A program made the translations under genes and the position numbers. A stretch of 63,980 nucleotides of DNA, filler included, from Fonticula-like sp. SCN 57-25 (Eukaryota), in the NCBI GenBank assembly GCA_001724245.1. It is 4 parts of 4 records of this genome, joined end to end, with 100 filler letters (N's around TTAATTAATTAA, not from the genome) between each part and the next. Parts side by side here need not be neighbours in the genome. Positions count along the whole stretch, not along the records: positions 16,196 to 32,179 come from MEDX01000130.1; positions 32,280 to 48,245 come from MEDX01000131.1; 2 more parts are not named here. One strand, 5' to 3'. Below the pieces are notes generated by a model. The model searched no databases. It was not told the origin of the DNA and was given only the letters and a program-made list of their open reading frames with translations. This document shows, piece after piece, positions 25,445 through 36,195 of the stretch. The number at the start of each line of letters is the position of its first letter. Within the stretch, counting starts at the first letter, position 1.

Positions 25445-25679
25445 GCATTTCCCTCTTCACGCGAGGTGCGTTTCCGATGGGCGGGGGACGGGATTCGGAA
25501 GGCCTTTTTCGGTAGTGTCTTTCGAGGAGGTCGCGAAAGAGAAGGTCTTTGGTTATATTTGAAACGCCTTGTGTCTTATTTGTGAGTTTTTGTTTTCTGG
25601 TTTCCCTGCAAATTCTCGCTAGTTGTGCCTTTCCGTTTGCAACGTTGTGCCTAACCACAATTGCTGGATCAGATCGACA

Positions 25680-25838
25680 ATGGCCGTTCCCGTCATCAAG
25701 GGCGCTCTCGGCCGCCGCGCTGCGCGCGAGATCACCATTGCTCTTTCGCTGGCTAGCGTTGCTGGCTTTGGCTGGTGGTACGGCTACAAGGTCCCCCACA
25801 ACAAGGCCATCGATGCCTTCTACGCCAAGCAGAAGTAA
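25680..25838 (+). CDS. COX9: cytochrome c oxidase subunit Cox9/COX6C
   Basis: MAVPVIKGALGRRAAREITIALSLASVAGFGWWYGYKVPHNKAIDAFYAKQK resembles fungal Cox9. Probable 5'UTR intron. Confidence 0.8.
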   Translation: MAVPVIKGALGRRAAREITIALSLASVAGFGWWYGYKVPHNKAIDAFYAKQK

Positions 25839-26225
25839 AGGACTGTGGGAAAGAGTGGGACGCTTGGAAAGGTGGCAAGAGTGAACGGAATGGAGAAATT
25901 TAACTGTGAATAATGGAGCGCTTGCCTCATTCTTTGCGGTAATGTTTATGTCAATCCGTCCTTCTTTTTTTACCTCTTTTCCTTGTCGTCTTTATGATCC
26001 AATTTGTAATTTGCCTCTTCTGTTTTCCGCTAATGAAATAGTCCTACCTATTATTACCCCCCTTTTCTTTTATGAGCAAAGAGACCGCCCAGTGTGCACA
26101 GCTCGCAGTCTTATGCCCCACATAAAGTCCGCTTCCTTTCAACAGACGCCCACCCGAAGCTTCTCCTCCCAACAACCCTGTCACAGCCCTGTAGACCGTT
26201 GCGATCCTTTCAAATTTCCGCTTTG

Positions 26226-27321
26226 TGATGGATCGCGGACCCGTTCGAGGTGCGCCGCCGGGCGCCAAAGCGGCCGCCCAGCCGCCCTCTGCGCGCCCCG
26301 CTATGGTCCCTCTGACCATGCTGTCGGCGACGAACGACGCAAAGCCGCCGCCGGCGCGTCTTGGCGAGTCAAAACCGCCCGTCCGCCTCACCGCATCTGC
26401 TGACGCGCCAAAGCCCGCAGAGCCGCGGCCATTGCCGTCGTACATGGCCGACACGACGGCATCGCGGAGAGCTGCAGCGGCGGCGGTGCCCGCGCCGGTG
26501 CAGCCGCGGACGTCGACGCTGACGCGCGAGACGGCGTCGACCGCGGCGCGCGCTGCGAGTCGCCCGCCCGTTGCGCCGACATCGACCGCGAGGCCGACGG
26601 CGACGCTGTCGCGATCGACTAGCAGCGGATCTGTTGCGGCCGCGCCGACAACGGCGACGAGAATGCCGCGGTCGACGAGCAGCGGCTCGCTGGCGGCGGC
26701 GGCGAGCGAGGGTGACACGCAGAAAGAGGTGGACGCGCTCAAGGCGGAGCTCGAAAAGGAGCGCGCACGGAATAGACAAATGGAGGCCGAGTTGGAGCGC
26801 GTTACTTTGGAAAAGGAACAAGCGCAGGCTGACTGGCAAGGTACGTTCAAAGTATACTTTCTTTGTGTCTTAAATTGCCATCTTTTTCAACAACTCGGTA
26901 TCCTGTTCCTCTCTTTTACTCACGCTTGCCTTCAGAGCGGTATGAGCAGCTTGAAGCAGCCCAACTCCTCAGCGTCCGCTTTGCCGAAGAAAAGGCCCTG
27001 AAATTCTTCCGCGACGAAATTGAATCCCTCGAGCGCGAAAAAAGCGACCTTTTAAGCGAAAAAGCGCTTCTTCAGCGCGCGCTCGACCAGCGCGGGATGG
27101 ACGCCGTCGGCAAGCAGGAGCTCTCAAAGTCGGTACTGCGCGCGCAGGAGGAGAGTGCTGCCCAGGCGGACTTTGAGCGGCAGATGGCGGCGCTGCAGGC
27201 CACGTACGCCGAGCGCGCCGCGGCAATGCAGCAGCTCGCGGCGGACTTGAGGAGGTCCGCGGCGGCGGCGGCGGTCACCGGTGCGGGTGACCGCGCGGCG
27301 GCCGAGCAAGAGTCGTATTAG
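26226..27321 (+). CDS. hypothetical protein, disordered N-terminus plus coiled coil
   Basis: Two ORFs joined by a GT-AG intron (about 26841-26934); heptad-rich E/L/A/Q segment. Confidence 0.65.
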
Positions 27322-28058
27322 AAAAGTTATTTTTGGTGCATATTATGTCTTTAATGTTTGAGTTGAACGCCCTGTAATGCCTTGTACGGTCGCACAATGC
27401 AAGGAAATGTGAAAAGTATGACAGAAAAGTGACTTTCAGCGACACATTTGCACCACATTTGCATGGCAATATGATACTCATTCTGATATGTGAACCACTC
27501 AATTGACATGATAAAGACATTATAACTCAGCGCTTTCATGTCTATAGTGATATTACCACCATTCTTCCTTTTATCACATCATTGTTTACAGTTCCGTGTC
27601 CACGCCCACATGGCCATAAAAATCACCTCATTTCCCCGCCTACCCCACCCGCAAACCCCCCCGCCGGACCCATTTCTCGCCAAACCCATACAAAATGCCC
27701 GCCTTCCCCCTCTATTCCCGCTCTGCTTCCGCTGTGTTTCATCCCGTCTCTCGGGCCGCCCCTCACGCCACACCCTTCTTATCACACGGCCGACGGGTCG
27801 GAATGGATGACGCGATTTGCCGACCGACCGAAATTCCCAAATCGGGAATCTTATCACATTTGTGATCACGTGAACCACACCGGATTGGTCCGCGTCGTTC
27901 TAACGTCATTGTAGTGCCACTGGACCCGACGGCGCGGCAAAGCATAAAGGACGCACAACACAGTCTGCCTTGCTCCCCCAGCGCGCATCGTGTCTTGCGT
28001 TCCCTTGCGACCGTCTTTCCTTGCCTCTTCTCCCCCAGGCCCCTTCTTGTCTACCAAC

Positions 28059-28613
28059 ATGGACGACCACACTGCCAGCGCAATGCTCCTCCTCCACTTT
28101 GTGTCCTCTGCGGGATCGCCCCCGTCTGATCGGGCGGGATCCCCGTCGCCCCCCGGCTCGCCGATGTCGGACTCTACCGTCGACATGTCGCGCGGCTCGC
28201 CTTCGCCGCCGCCTGCCGCGCTCGCGACCCCCCCGCCTGCCTCCCCTTCCGACTCTTCGGCTGGATCGACCTCACCCGTCCCGTTTGTGCTCCGGACGAG
28301 TAAGCCTCGGCGGTACCGCTCGACGCGCGTCTGCGTCAACTGCGCCACGATGACGACGTCGCTGTGGCGCAAGAACGACGCCGGGCAGCACATTTGCAAC
28401 GCGTGCGGGCTCTACAAGAAGCTCAACAGGACCGACCGGCCCGTCGAGATGAAGTCGACTGTCGTGAAGCAGCGCAGGCGCTGGCATCAGGTCGAGAGCA
28501 CCCCCGCCACCGGCGCGCAGATCCAGTGGCACTATGAGGAGGCCGCCGCGGCCGTCGGGAGTGCCAGCAGGAATCTCCAGTTCCCGGCAATGATGCTCAA
28601 CGCTGCGGCGTAG
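28059..28613 (+). CDS. GATA zinc-finger transcription factor
   Basis: CVNC-X17-CNACGLYKKLNRTDRPVEMK. Confidence 0.92.
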   Translation: MDDHTASAMLLLHFVSSAGSPPSDRAGSPSPPGSPMSDSTVDMSRGSPSPPPAALATPPPASPSDSSAGSTSPVPFVLRTSKPRRYRSTRVCVNCATMTTSLWRKNDAGQHICNACGLYKKLNRTDRPVEMKSTVVKQRRRWHQVESTPATGAQIQWHYEEAAAAVGSASRNLQFPAMMLNAAA

Positions 28614-29053
28614 GCTGGCCGGGTCGCTCGTACTGCATCATCAAAGCAACTTGCATCTGTATACTAGTAGGTCTGTTTCATTTCGAGAGTGAGGGGATAT
28701 GTGGTGGCCACGTGGTGGCGTCGTGTCCTCTGTGTTATTGCGAGGTGCTCGCTCTGTATAATTTATTCTATTCCTTAGTTCATATCGATACCATAATACA
28801 TCTTTATTTGCCTACATTGCTCTACATGAATACACACTAAAAGATTATTGGGTGGATAGAATGATAGTAACATTGGCTTTTGCGCGAAAATACGATGTAG
28901 TGCATGCGTTTTACGCTTTTTCTAAAGTAAAAGGCGGACTTGCAAAAAAAAAGTCTACGATTGATAAACGAACCATACATGGATTGATAAATTCACCATA
29001 CAAATCTGGTTTCGTTGTTTGGCTTATCAAGGGGTGTTGTGTGGGCGCCCAGC

Positions 29054-30297
29054 ATGATGATGCAGCGACTCTTGTCGGGATCTATATTCCGCGCTGGAGC
29101 TGTGCGCGGTCCTCTTCCCTCGGTGTGCATTGGCCTGTACGTCCCTCTCTTTCCATTTCTTTTTTCTACTTTATATTCATGATTGTTCCAGACGGCATGG
29201 CCTTGCCTCGTCGGCTGCCCCGGGCACCGCCAAGTTCATGTTCACGCCCGATGATGAGCCGCGCCTTGTCGTCCCGTCGCCAAAAGGAAATGTCACGTTT
29301 TCGCTGCGTAATGGCCGCCCAGTACGTTCTCTTTCTCACAATAAAAGAACGGCCATTGACTTTTCTCCATCACTAGGTGGGAAGCGTGTTGACCGAGCTC
29401 CAGGAGGAGGATCCCGCTGTGCAAGAGGCGCACATCAAGGACGAATTCGGTCGGATCGTCGCCAAATCGACTGTTCTTCAAGGTAAGCGCCTTTTTATCA
29501 TTTTCTCTTGTTTCTTACGCTGATCTCTCTGTAGATGTACTCCGCTCGGGCACCAAGCTCGTCATCAATGGCAAGGAACTTACCATCCAGATGCCGACGC
29601 TCGACGATCGCCTCCAACACCGCCTGGACGAACTGGCCGAGTTGAATGCGCAGTTTGAGGCTATCGAAAAGGTCAAGGTCGCGTGCGACACCAAGGCCAA
29701 CAATGTGCGTCTCTTTTGTCGATGCCATGCCGTGGTTGATCTATGTTCTGACGCGATGCCCCGCAGTATAATAATAGGCTTGTGTGGCTCGGGTTTGCCG
29801 GGCTCAGCGCCCAGTGGGGCCTCATGATGCGCCTGACGTGGTTTGACTACTCGTGGGACGTCATGGAACCGATCGCCTACTTTCTCTCTTTCGGTACGCA
29901 AATCAGTTGCTGCAACGAGAATTGAATTTGCGTACCGTATTTTGTGTGTTTTTGTGCCATTTTGGTGCATTTTATGTGTATTTTGGTGTATTTTACTGTC
30001 AATTGTGTCTTGTTCGGCCATTTTGTGCCACGTTCTTTCCATTGTGACCCACTTGTGCCTTGAACTGTTTTCTGACCATGTGGATGCGCAGGCACCGGCA
30101 TCCTCGGCTACTTTTTCTACCTCGTGACGCGCCAGGACTACACGTACGAGGCGCTCTCCGGCCTCACGACCAGCCGCCGCCAGCGCAAGGAGTACGTCAA
30201 GCAGGGCATCGATCTCCACAAGTACCGCGCCCTGACCGACGCCATCAAGCAGCTCGAGGCCGAGATCGAGCGCATTAAGGCCGAGCACCGCGCCTAA
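29054..30297 (+). CDS. MCU: mitochondrial calcium uniporter pore subunit
   Basis: Coiled coil, TM1 WLGFAGLSAQWGLMMRLTW, selectivity filter YSWDVMEPIAYF, TM2, TRQDYTY. Five introns; start approximate. Confidence 0.93.
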
Positions 30298-30589
30298 AAA
30301 GACAAAAAGGAAAGAGCGCCGCCCAACAGCGCCATTATGGGCCGAATATTTCGCTTTTTTCTTCTTTCCTGGCCGATCTTTCTGGTTTCTATCCTTGTTG
30401 CTATGATGCATAAACGTCAATAAATTCGATCTGCATGCAATATGACCATATGATACCACACATACATTGGGCCTTTTTATTAAGGCTGTGCTGTTGCGAC
30501 GCGCCCATTTGAATATGAACTCTGTCTGTCAGTATATTTCATCGTCGCCTCTCGATCCCACCACTTCAACGTGATCACGTGGCCATAGA

Positions 30590-31767
30590 ATGGGGCGGAC
30601 GTCCAGCGACAAGCGGGACATTTATTACCGCCAGGCCAAGGAGCAGGGCTGGCGCGCCCGCAGCGCGTTCAAGCTTCTTCAACTTGACGAGGACTATGAC
30701 CTCTTTTCCGGTACGAGCCGCTTTTCTGCCGCGAATCATGTCGCTCATGCCCATGTGGCGCGCTTGGCAGGCGTGTCACGCGCGGTCGATCTGTGCGCTG
30801 CGCCCGGCAGCTGGAGTCAAGTGCTTAGCCGTCGCCTGTCACCTGACGCGGACGGGCGCCCCCCGCTCGTTGTAGCTGTTGATCTGCAGGCCATGTCGCC
30901 TCTCCCCGGCGTCACGCAGCTGCAGGGCGACATCACGCGGACCGAGACGGCCGAGAAAATCATCTCCTTTTTTGAGGGCGAGCGTGCGGATCTCGTCGTG
31001 TCGGACGGCGCACCGGACGGTACGTGCAAGGGGATGGTGGTGGTGAAGGAAACAGCGCGATGCTGACACGGGATCTAGTGACGGGTCTGCATGACATGGA
31101 CGAGTTCGTGCAGGCGCAGCTGATGCTGGCTGCGCTCAACATCGTGACGCACGTGCTCAGGAGAGGAGGCACATTCGTGGCAAAGGTGCGCAAAGGGGAC
31201 ATATGCGGCGCTATATAGTGGCCACATCTTTGTGCTGGTGGGCGCATGCTGTGCCCACCTGTTACTTTTGTTGCTGTTTGAATATCAGATGTATTATGTC
31301 TATGTTGTGAAGATGATACTTTACTTGTGTATCTGATACTTTACTTGCGTATCTGATACTTCTCTTGTGAACATGTCACTTTGTGTATGATAATGACGTG
31401 TGTATGTGTATCTTTTTGCTCTCTCCCTATCGATAAAAGACGCTTGTCTAACCACCTGACTCCGCCCCAGATCTTTGTCGGCCGCGACATTGCCCTGCTC
31501 AGCGCCCAACTACGCGTCTTCTTCAACCACGTGGACATTGTCAAGCCTCGCTCCTCGCGCGCCTCGAGCGCCGAGCACTTTATCGTGTGCCTCGGCTACG
31601 CGCCGCCGCCGGGCTACGTGCCGACCATGGGCAACCCGGTGTTTGACATTCAGCCCGAGGCGGTGGCGGGCGCCGCGGTAGAGCGGGCGGTGGCGGTAGG
31701 AGAGGGGGGAGTGAGGCAGTTTGTCGTGTGCGGCGATCTGTCGGCGGACGATGCGATGCTCATGTGA
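30590..31767 (+). CDS. TRM7: tRNA (C32/G34) 2'-O-methyltransferase
   Basis: [67 protein letters not shown]. Confidence 0.95.
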
Positions 31768-31928
31768 GCAGAGCATGGGCATCATTGCGTGTACATAAAA
31801 CAGTCAATGTATAGAGGAATTTGGCAATATCATAAGTATATGAATATCATTGTGTATTAGAGGCGAAAAGAGCATGAAAAATAGGCGAAAAGAAACAGAA
31901 ATGTATCTCCATTCGAAGTGTATTGGGA

Positions 31929-32106
31929 TCACGCGCGGTTGGCGGGCTTGCCGTTCCACTCGCTGATCTTGGGCTTGGTCGTCGAGTAGGGCATGTAGGC
32001 GCCGGACGTGCCGGTGAGCGTCTCGACGTGGGGCGTCTCAAAGCTCTGGTGGAGAATGTTGACGCGGGAAGGAGCATCATCGTTCATCTGGTGAAGCCAC
32101 ATGTGC
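31929..32106 (-). CDS. NDUFA12: complex I subunit NDUFA12, last exon (5' part lost at contig end)
   Basis: HMWLHQMNDDAP..PHVETLTGTSGAYMPYSTTKPKISEW. Confidence 0.8.
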
Positions 32107-32179
32107 CTGCAGAAAGAGAGCGGGATTAGACGAAAATGAAAGAAGAGTTTCGTAAAACATGACAAAAAGCAAATGAAAC

Positions 32180-32279
32180 NNNNNNNNNNNNNNNNNNNNN
32201 NNNNNNNNNNNNNNNNNNNNNNNTTAATTAATTAANNNNNNNNNNNNNNNNNNNNNNNNNNNNNNNNNNNNNNNNNNNN
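32180..32279. other. artificial contig linker
   Basis: N44-TTAATTAATTAA-N44. Confidence 0.97.
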
Positions 32280-32288
32280 CGCGCGCAG

Positions 32289-32634
32289 GGTGGAGGACCT
32301 CGTTTCGCGTACCCCAAGTGGGTCTGGTCGCCTTCTGGCGGGTGGTGGCCCGAGCCGCACGCGTGGAAGCGCAACACGGCCACGGCCGTCGTTGTCATGG
32401 CGCTTGTGCTTATCCCCATTTTCAAGTCGACTTCCGAGATGGAGACGCGCCCAATTGCGCCTCACCGCGCCATCCCGTCGTCCTCTTGGTCCAACGCCGC
32501 CGCCAAAACGGTCCGTCTTCATCATCATCCCTGTTTCGTTCCTCTTTAAGCTGTTTTACTTATCTTTGTGTTGTCCGTTACAGGGAGTCCGCGATGCCGT
32601 CCCGTCAACATCAGCGTCGTCGCACCACCATTAA
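32289..32634 (+). CDS. complex I NUUM/NDUFB6-like subunit (start exon missing)
   Basis: GGGPRFAYPKWVWSPSGGWWPEPHAWKRNTA + TM + ETRPIAPHRAIPSSSW. Intron 32511-32583. Confidence 0.75.
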
Positions 32635-32898
32635 ACATTATACAATTTGATTCATAGGTACTTTTTCGTGTGTCGGTCGGTAATACAAACCAAAAGAGCA
32701 TCTTTTCCTTTCCTTTCCCCTTTCCTTTTCTGGTCATTCTAACATGCGCGGGACGGGACCATAATAGTCTCAAAAATACTTAATAATTATAACATGAAAG
32801 GGTAGAAGCACTCGGTAGACACCGTCATTGGTACATGCACTGGTGGTGGAAGGTAACAAATAATAAGAAACTCTCAACACGTTTAAAGCACTTTTGCT

Positions 32899-34561
32899 TT
32901 AGTTTTCCTCGGGCGCGCTCTGCCTGCGCGAGCGCTGCTTGACGAGGAACGCCGCGTAGTCGCCGCTCTGCACGAACCGCGTGAACGAGTCGCGCTCCAT
33001 GAGGCCGTACACCTCGCGCTGCGCCTGATCAAACACAGTCACGTCGGGGTGATCGTCATCAAGGTTCCTGCCCAAAATGTCAGCGTCCACGTGCAAAAAA
33101 AGAAGAGCGAAAAGTGACGTACTTTGCTGCGCTGATCGTCATGCTGCGCGTCGGCGCCGAAATGTTGACTTCCATGAGCGCGCTCGATTTCAAAAAGGTG
33201 CCGACGACGTATTCGGCGTAGTGACGCGACGGCTGGCGGCGGTAGTTGTCCACGGCCTGCCAGAAGAGAAGGTTTTCGGCGGAGAACTCTTTGCGGACGT
33301 GCTCGAGGAAGAGAGTGGCGCCTTCGGGCGAATCGAGGAGAGCAGCAAGGTCATTCTAGAGAGAGGATCAGTAAAGTTGAAAAAGCGGCCAAAAAGACGA
33401 CGAACGACATCAAAAGGCATCAAAAAGACATCAGAAACATATCAAAAAATGACACTTTTGCGACCAATCCAAATATCAATACCGATCAAATCCCGATCAA
33501 ATTACAATCAAATCCTAAACAAGTCATTCTATTATTCCCAAATAAACGTACCGGCGAGTCAGGGAGGAATGTCTCCTGCGTGCCCGGCGACACCGGCGAC
33601 GCCTCATCGCCGTCAAACTCTGCCGACTTTTGCTTCTCCATCTGGCTCACGGCGAGCGGAAAGAGCGCCGCTGCGATGCGGCTCCCCCTCCTGCTTGCCG
33701 ACTCTGTCCCCGGGCGCACGCGCGGGTACCTGAGCTCAATCTGTGCCGCGGCCTGCCGCGCAATGTCCTTCAGCGAGCAGATCTGCTCGGCGGTGAGCGC
33801 TCCGGGCGCCTTGGAGTAGATCGCGATCGTGCCGATCGTCTGCCCGCTGCCATCGACGATCGCAAAGCCCGCGTAAAAGCGCACGTGGATGTCGGGGTTG
33901 GTCACAATCGGCCAGTCCTTGAAGCGCTCATCCTTGGACATGTCGTTGACGATGAGCTGCTGCTCGGGGAGCGTGATCGTGACGGCGCAGGGGGAGTGAT
34001 CGCGGGGGCCAGAAAGGTTGCTAGGGAAGCCGTACGTCGACTTGTACCAGAAGCGGCCACGGTCAAGGAGCGTGAGGGCGCTCAATTCGCCTATAAAAGC
34101 ATCACAATCATCGCTGGTTAGCAAGGATGCAGCACAGGGCCGACAGGAAAGATCGATGGCGTACACAGGGCGACGGTTGCGGCGAGACGGGTAAGCTCGT
34201 CAAAGACATTCTCCCTGGGGTTGCTGTACAGGATGCAACGCGAGATGAGGTTGCGCATGCGGCTTTCCTCGCTGGCGGGCTTCTCGGGGCGGCGGAACTG
34301 CGCCGTTTCGGTCGCGGCGTAGAACTCGTTGAGCGAATCACGCAACTTTTGCGCCGTTCCCGGCTCTGGCGTCGCCGCGGCCGTCTTCCTGTCGTCGTCC
34401 TTTACAAACTCGGTCGACTTTCCGCTGCTCGCGAGCGACGAGTTTGACGTGGCGGTCGACATGTTTTTCCGCCTGTTACCATCCTTGGCGAGCGCCGTGT
34501 CCGACCCCGAAGAGGCGAGCTCCACGTGCTTTGCCGATTGCTTCCCGCAACAGTTGCCCAT
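32899..34561 (-). CDS. N-acylated GAF + RGS domain protein
   Basis: MGNCCG start. GAF: FDELTRLAA..DMSKDERFKDWPIV..RFYAGFAI..IGTIAI. RGS: FLEHVRKEFSAENLLFWQAV..EVNIS..FDQAQREVYGLMERDSFTRF. Three introns. Confidence 0.85.
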
Positions 34562-35288
34562 CCTGCAAAATTAATGTAAAAGCGCAGTGCTTATAATGCG
34601 GCAGTGGAAGCTGAGCGCGATAAATAAGATTTCTGCACTCGCCACGACGCCTTGCGACTCGTTTCAGGAGGCGAAAGCAAGGAGGCCGGCGTAGATCTGG
34701 GGCACGGCGCAGACACGGGAGTGCCACACAGCGGAATGGTGAGCCCAAATCGCGGTCGGCCATCCTGATTGGCTGCATCCTTTAATTATTTCCTATTTTG
34801 GGCGATTCGATGGAAATGTCGCCCAAAAAGGAAAGAGATATGTAAATTGATTGGGGGGTTTTGATTGGGGGCTCGGACAAGCGGGCCAAGTGAAGCGACG
34901 AGGAAATGAATTCATCAAGGCCCGCGGCAACTGTCAAGGACGCCACGAGGCCACTTTGTGTTGGCTCATTACGCATGGCGCTGCGAAAAGTCGCCCATGT
35001 CGCATTTCGACACTTTCTCTGACCCATCAACCACGCGCGCTCACATTCCTCGTTTCGTGCCGTGATTGGCTAGTAATCGATCGTTCACACGGCTGCCACA
35101 CACATCGGCACATGCCTGCCACAGGCCTGTTGACCAAGCGTTGCCCACCGGGACTACTGGCGCGCACCTGCCAGAGGGGATCGACGTTGGACCGTTGGCG
35201 GCTGTGAGATCGACCGAGCGGATCGTGAGGTGCTGAACTGGAGTGTACGCTGTATTGGAGAGGACGTTGAGTAGACTATACTTTTGCG

Positions 35289-35636
35289 ATGGCGGTTGCC
35301 GAAAGGCCAAGGTACGCGCGCATTCGCTGCTGCCGCGTGATGCTGACTACGTCATGCTGCAGCGGGCGCATGAAGCGGCGATTGACAGAGGTCGACGAGG
35401 AAGAGGCGTCGAGTCCCGGTGATCCCGGCCATTATATGAAAAAGCTCACATTAGACGAAGGCCGCTCATTAATTGCCGGCGACGCTTCCCCTACGCACGA
35501 TGGCAAGTCACAGCCGTCGCTGCCGCCAACGCCATCCCCGTCGCCCATCGAGACCTACTACTACGAGATCAACATGCTGTTGCGGCGGGCGCACTTTGAG
35601 CGGCTAGAGCGCAACATGGATACCTATCGCTCATAG
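35289..35636 (+). CDS. FAM104/VCF-like small p97 cofactor candidate
   Basis: N-terminal KRR, disordered linker, C-terminal YYEINMLLRRAHFERL helix. One intron 35312-35362. Confidence 0.55.
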   Translation: MAVAERPRYARIRCCRVMLTTSCCSGRMKRRLTEVDEEEASSPGDPGHYMKKLTLDEGRSLIAGDASPTHDGKSQPSLPPTPSPSPIETYYYEINMLLRRAHFERLERNMDTYRS

Positions 35637-36195
35637 CGCACAGAGCGGGGGCGCGATACCCCGCCGTGCCTGTACACTATGTCTGCCATGTACGTACTCT
35701 TGCCTGTACAGTAAGTGTGTCTTTGTGCCGATTCATACTATTAATGTTCGTATCATTATGTGTTTATATATGTGATAATGTATTGACTCATGAACAAGTT
35801 CCTTTGAACCAAATAATTTGACAATTGTGTGCTTTGTCCATGTGCTATTGGGTGCGCCACCGAGCGCGGGAAACGGCACAATCAAACACAAACGCCTTAC
35901 ACAGTCCTCTTTTAAGCCACATAAACACACAAAAATAGGACAGTTTAGGCCACAAAAACACGATAATGTTCTTTTGTAAAGCCACTTTTGTTTCACTTTT
36001 GGACGCCCAAATGTCCATGTGGCGGCAAAGTCAAAGTGATACTCACGGCCATATCTACTTTATCTCGCATGATATATGTCCTTTGAATGTCCCGTTCCCT
36101 TTACTTTTCCCAGTTGCCACGTTTATCTTTAATAATCGCAATTGCATTCATATTAAGCCCTATACATCTTTTCCTTCATATATACTCCTCCCACT

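Noticed and set aside
31929-32634. NDUFA12 and NUUM appear head-to-head as a complex I pair
   Set aside because: They are separated by an artificial linker between apparently length-sorted contigs, so the adjacency is unsupported without spanning reads.
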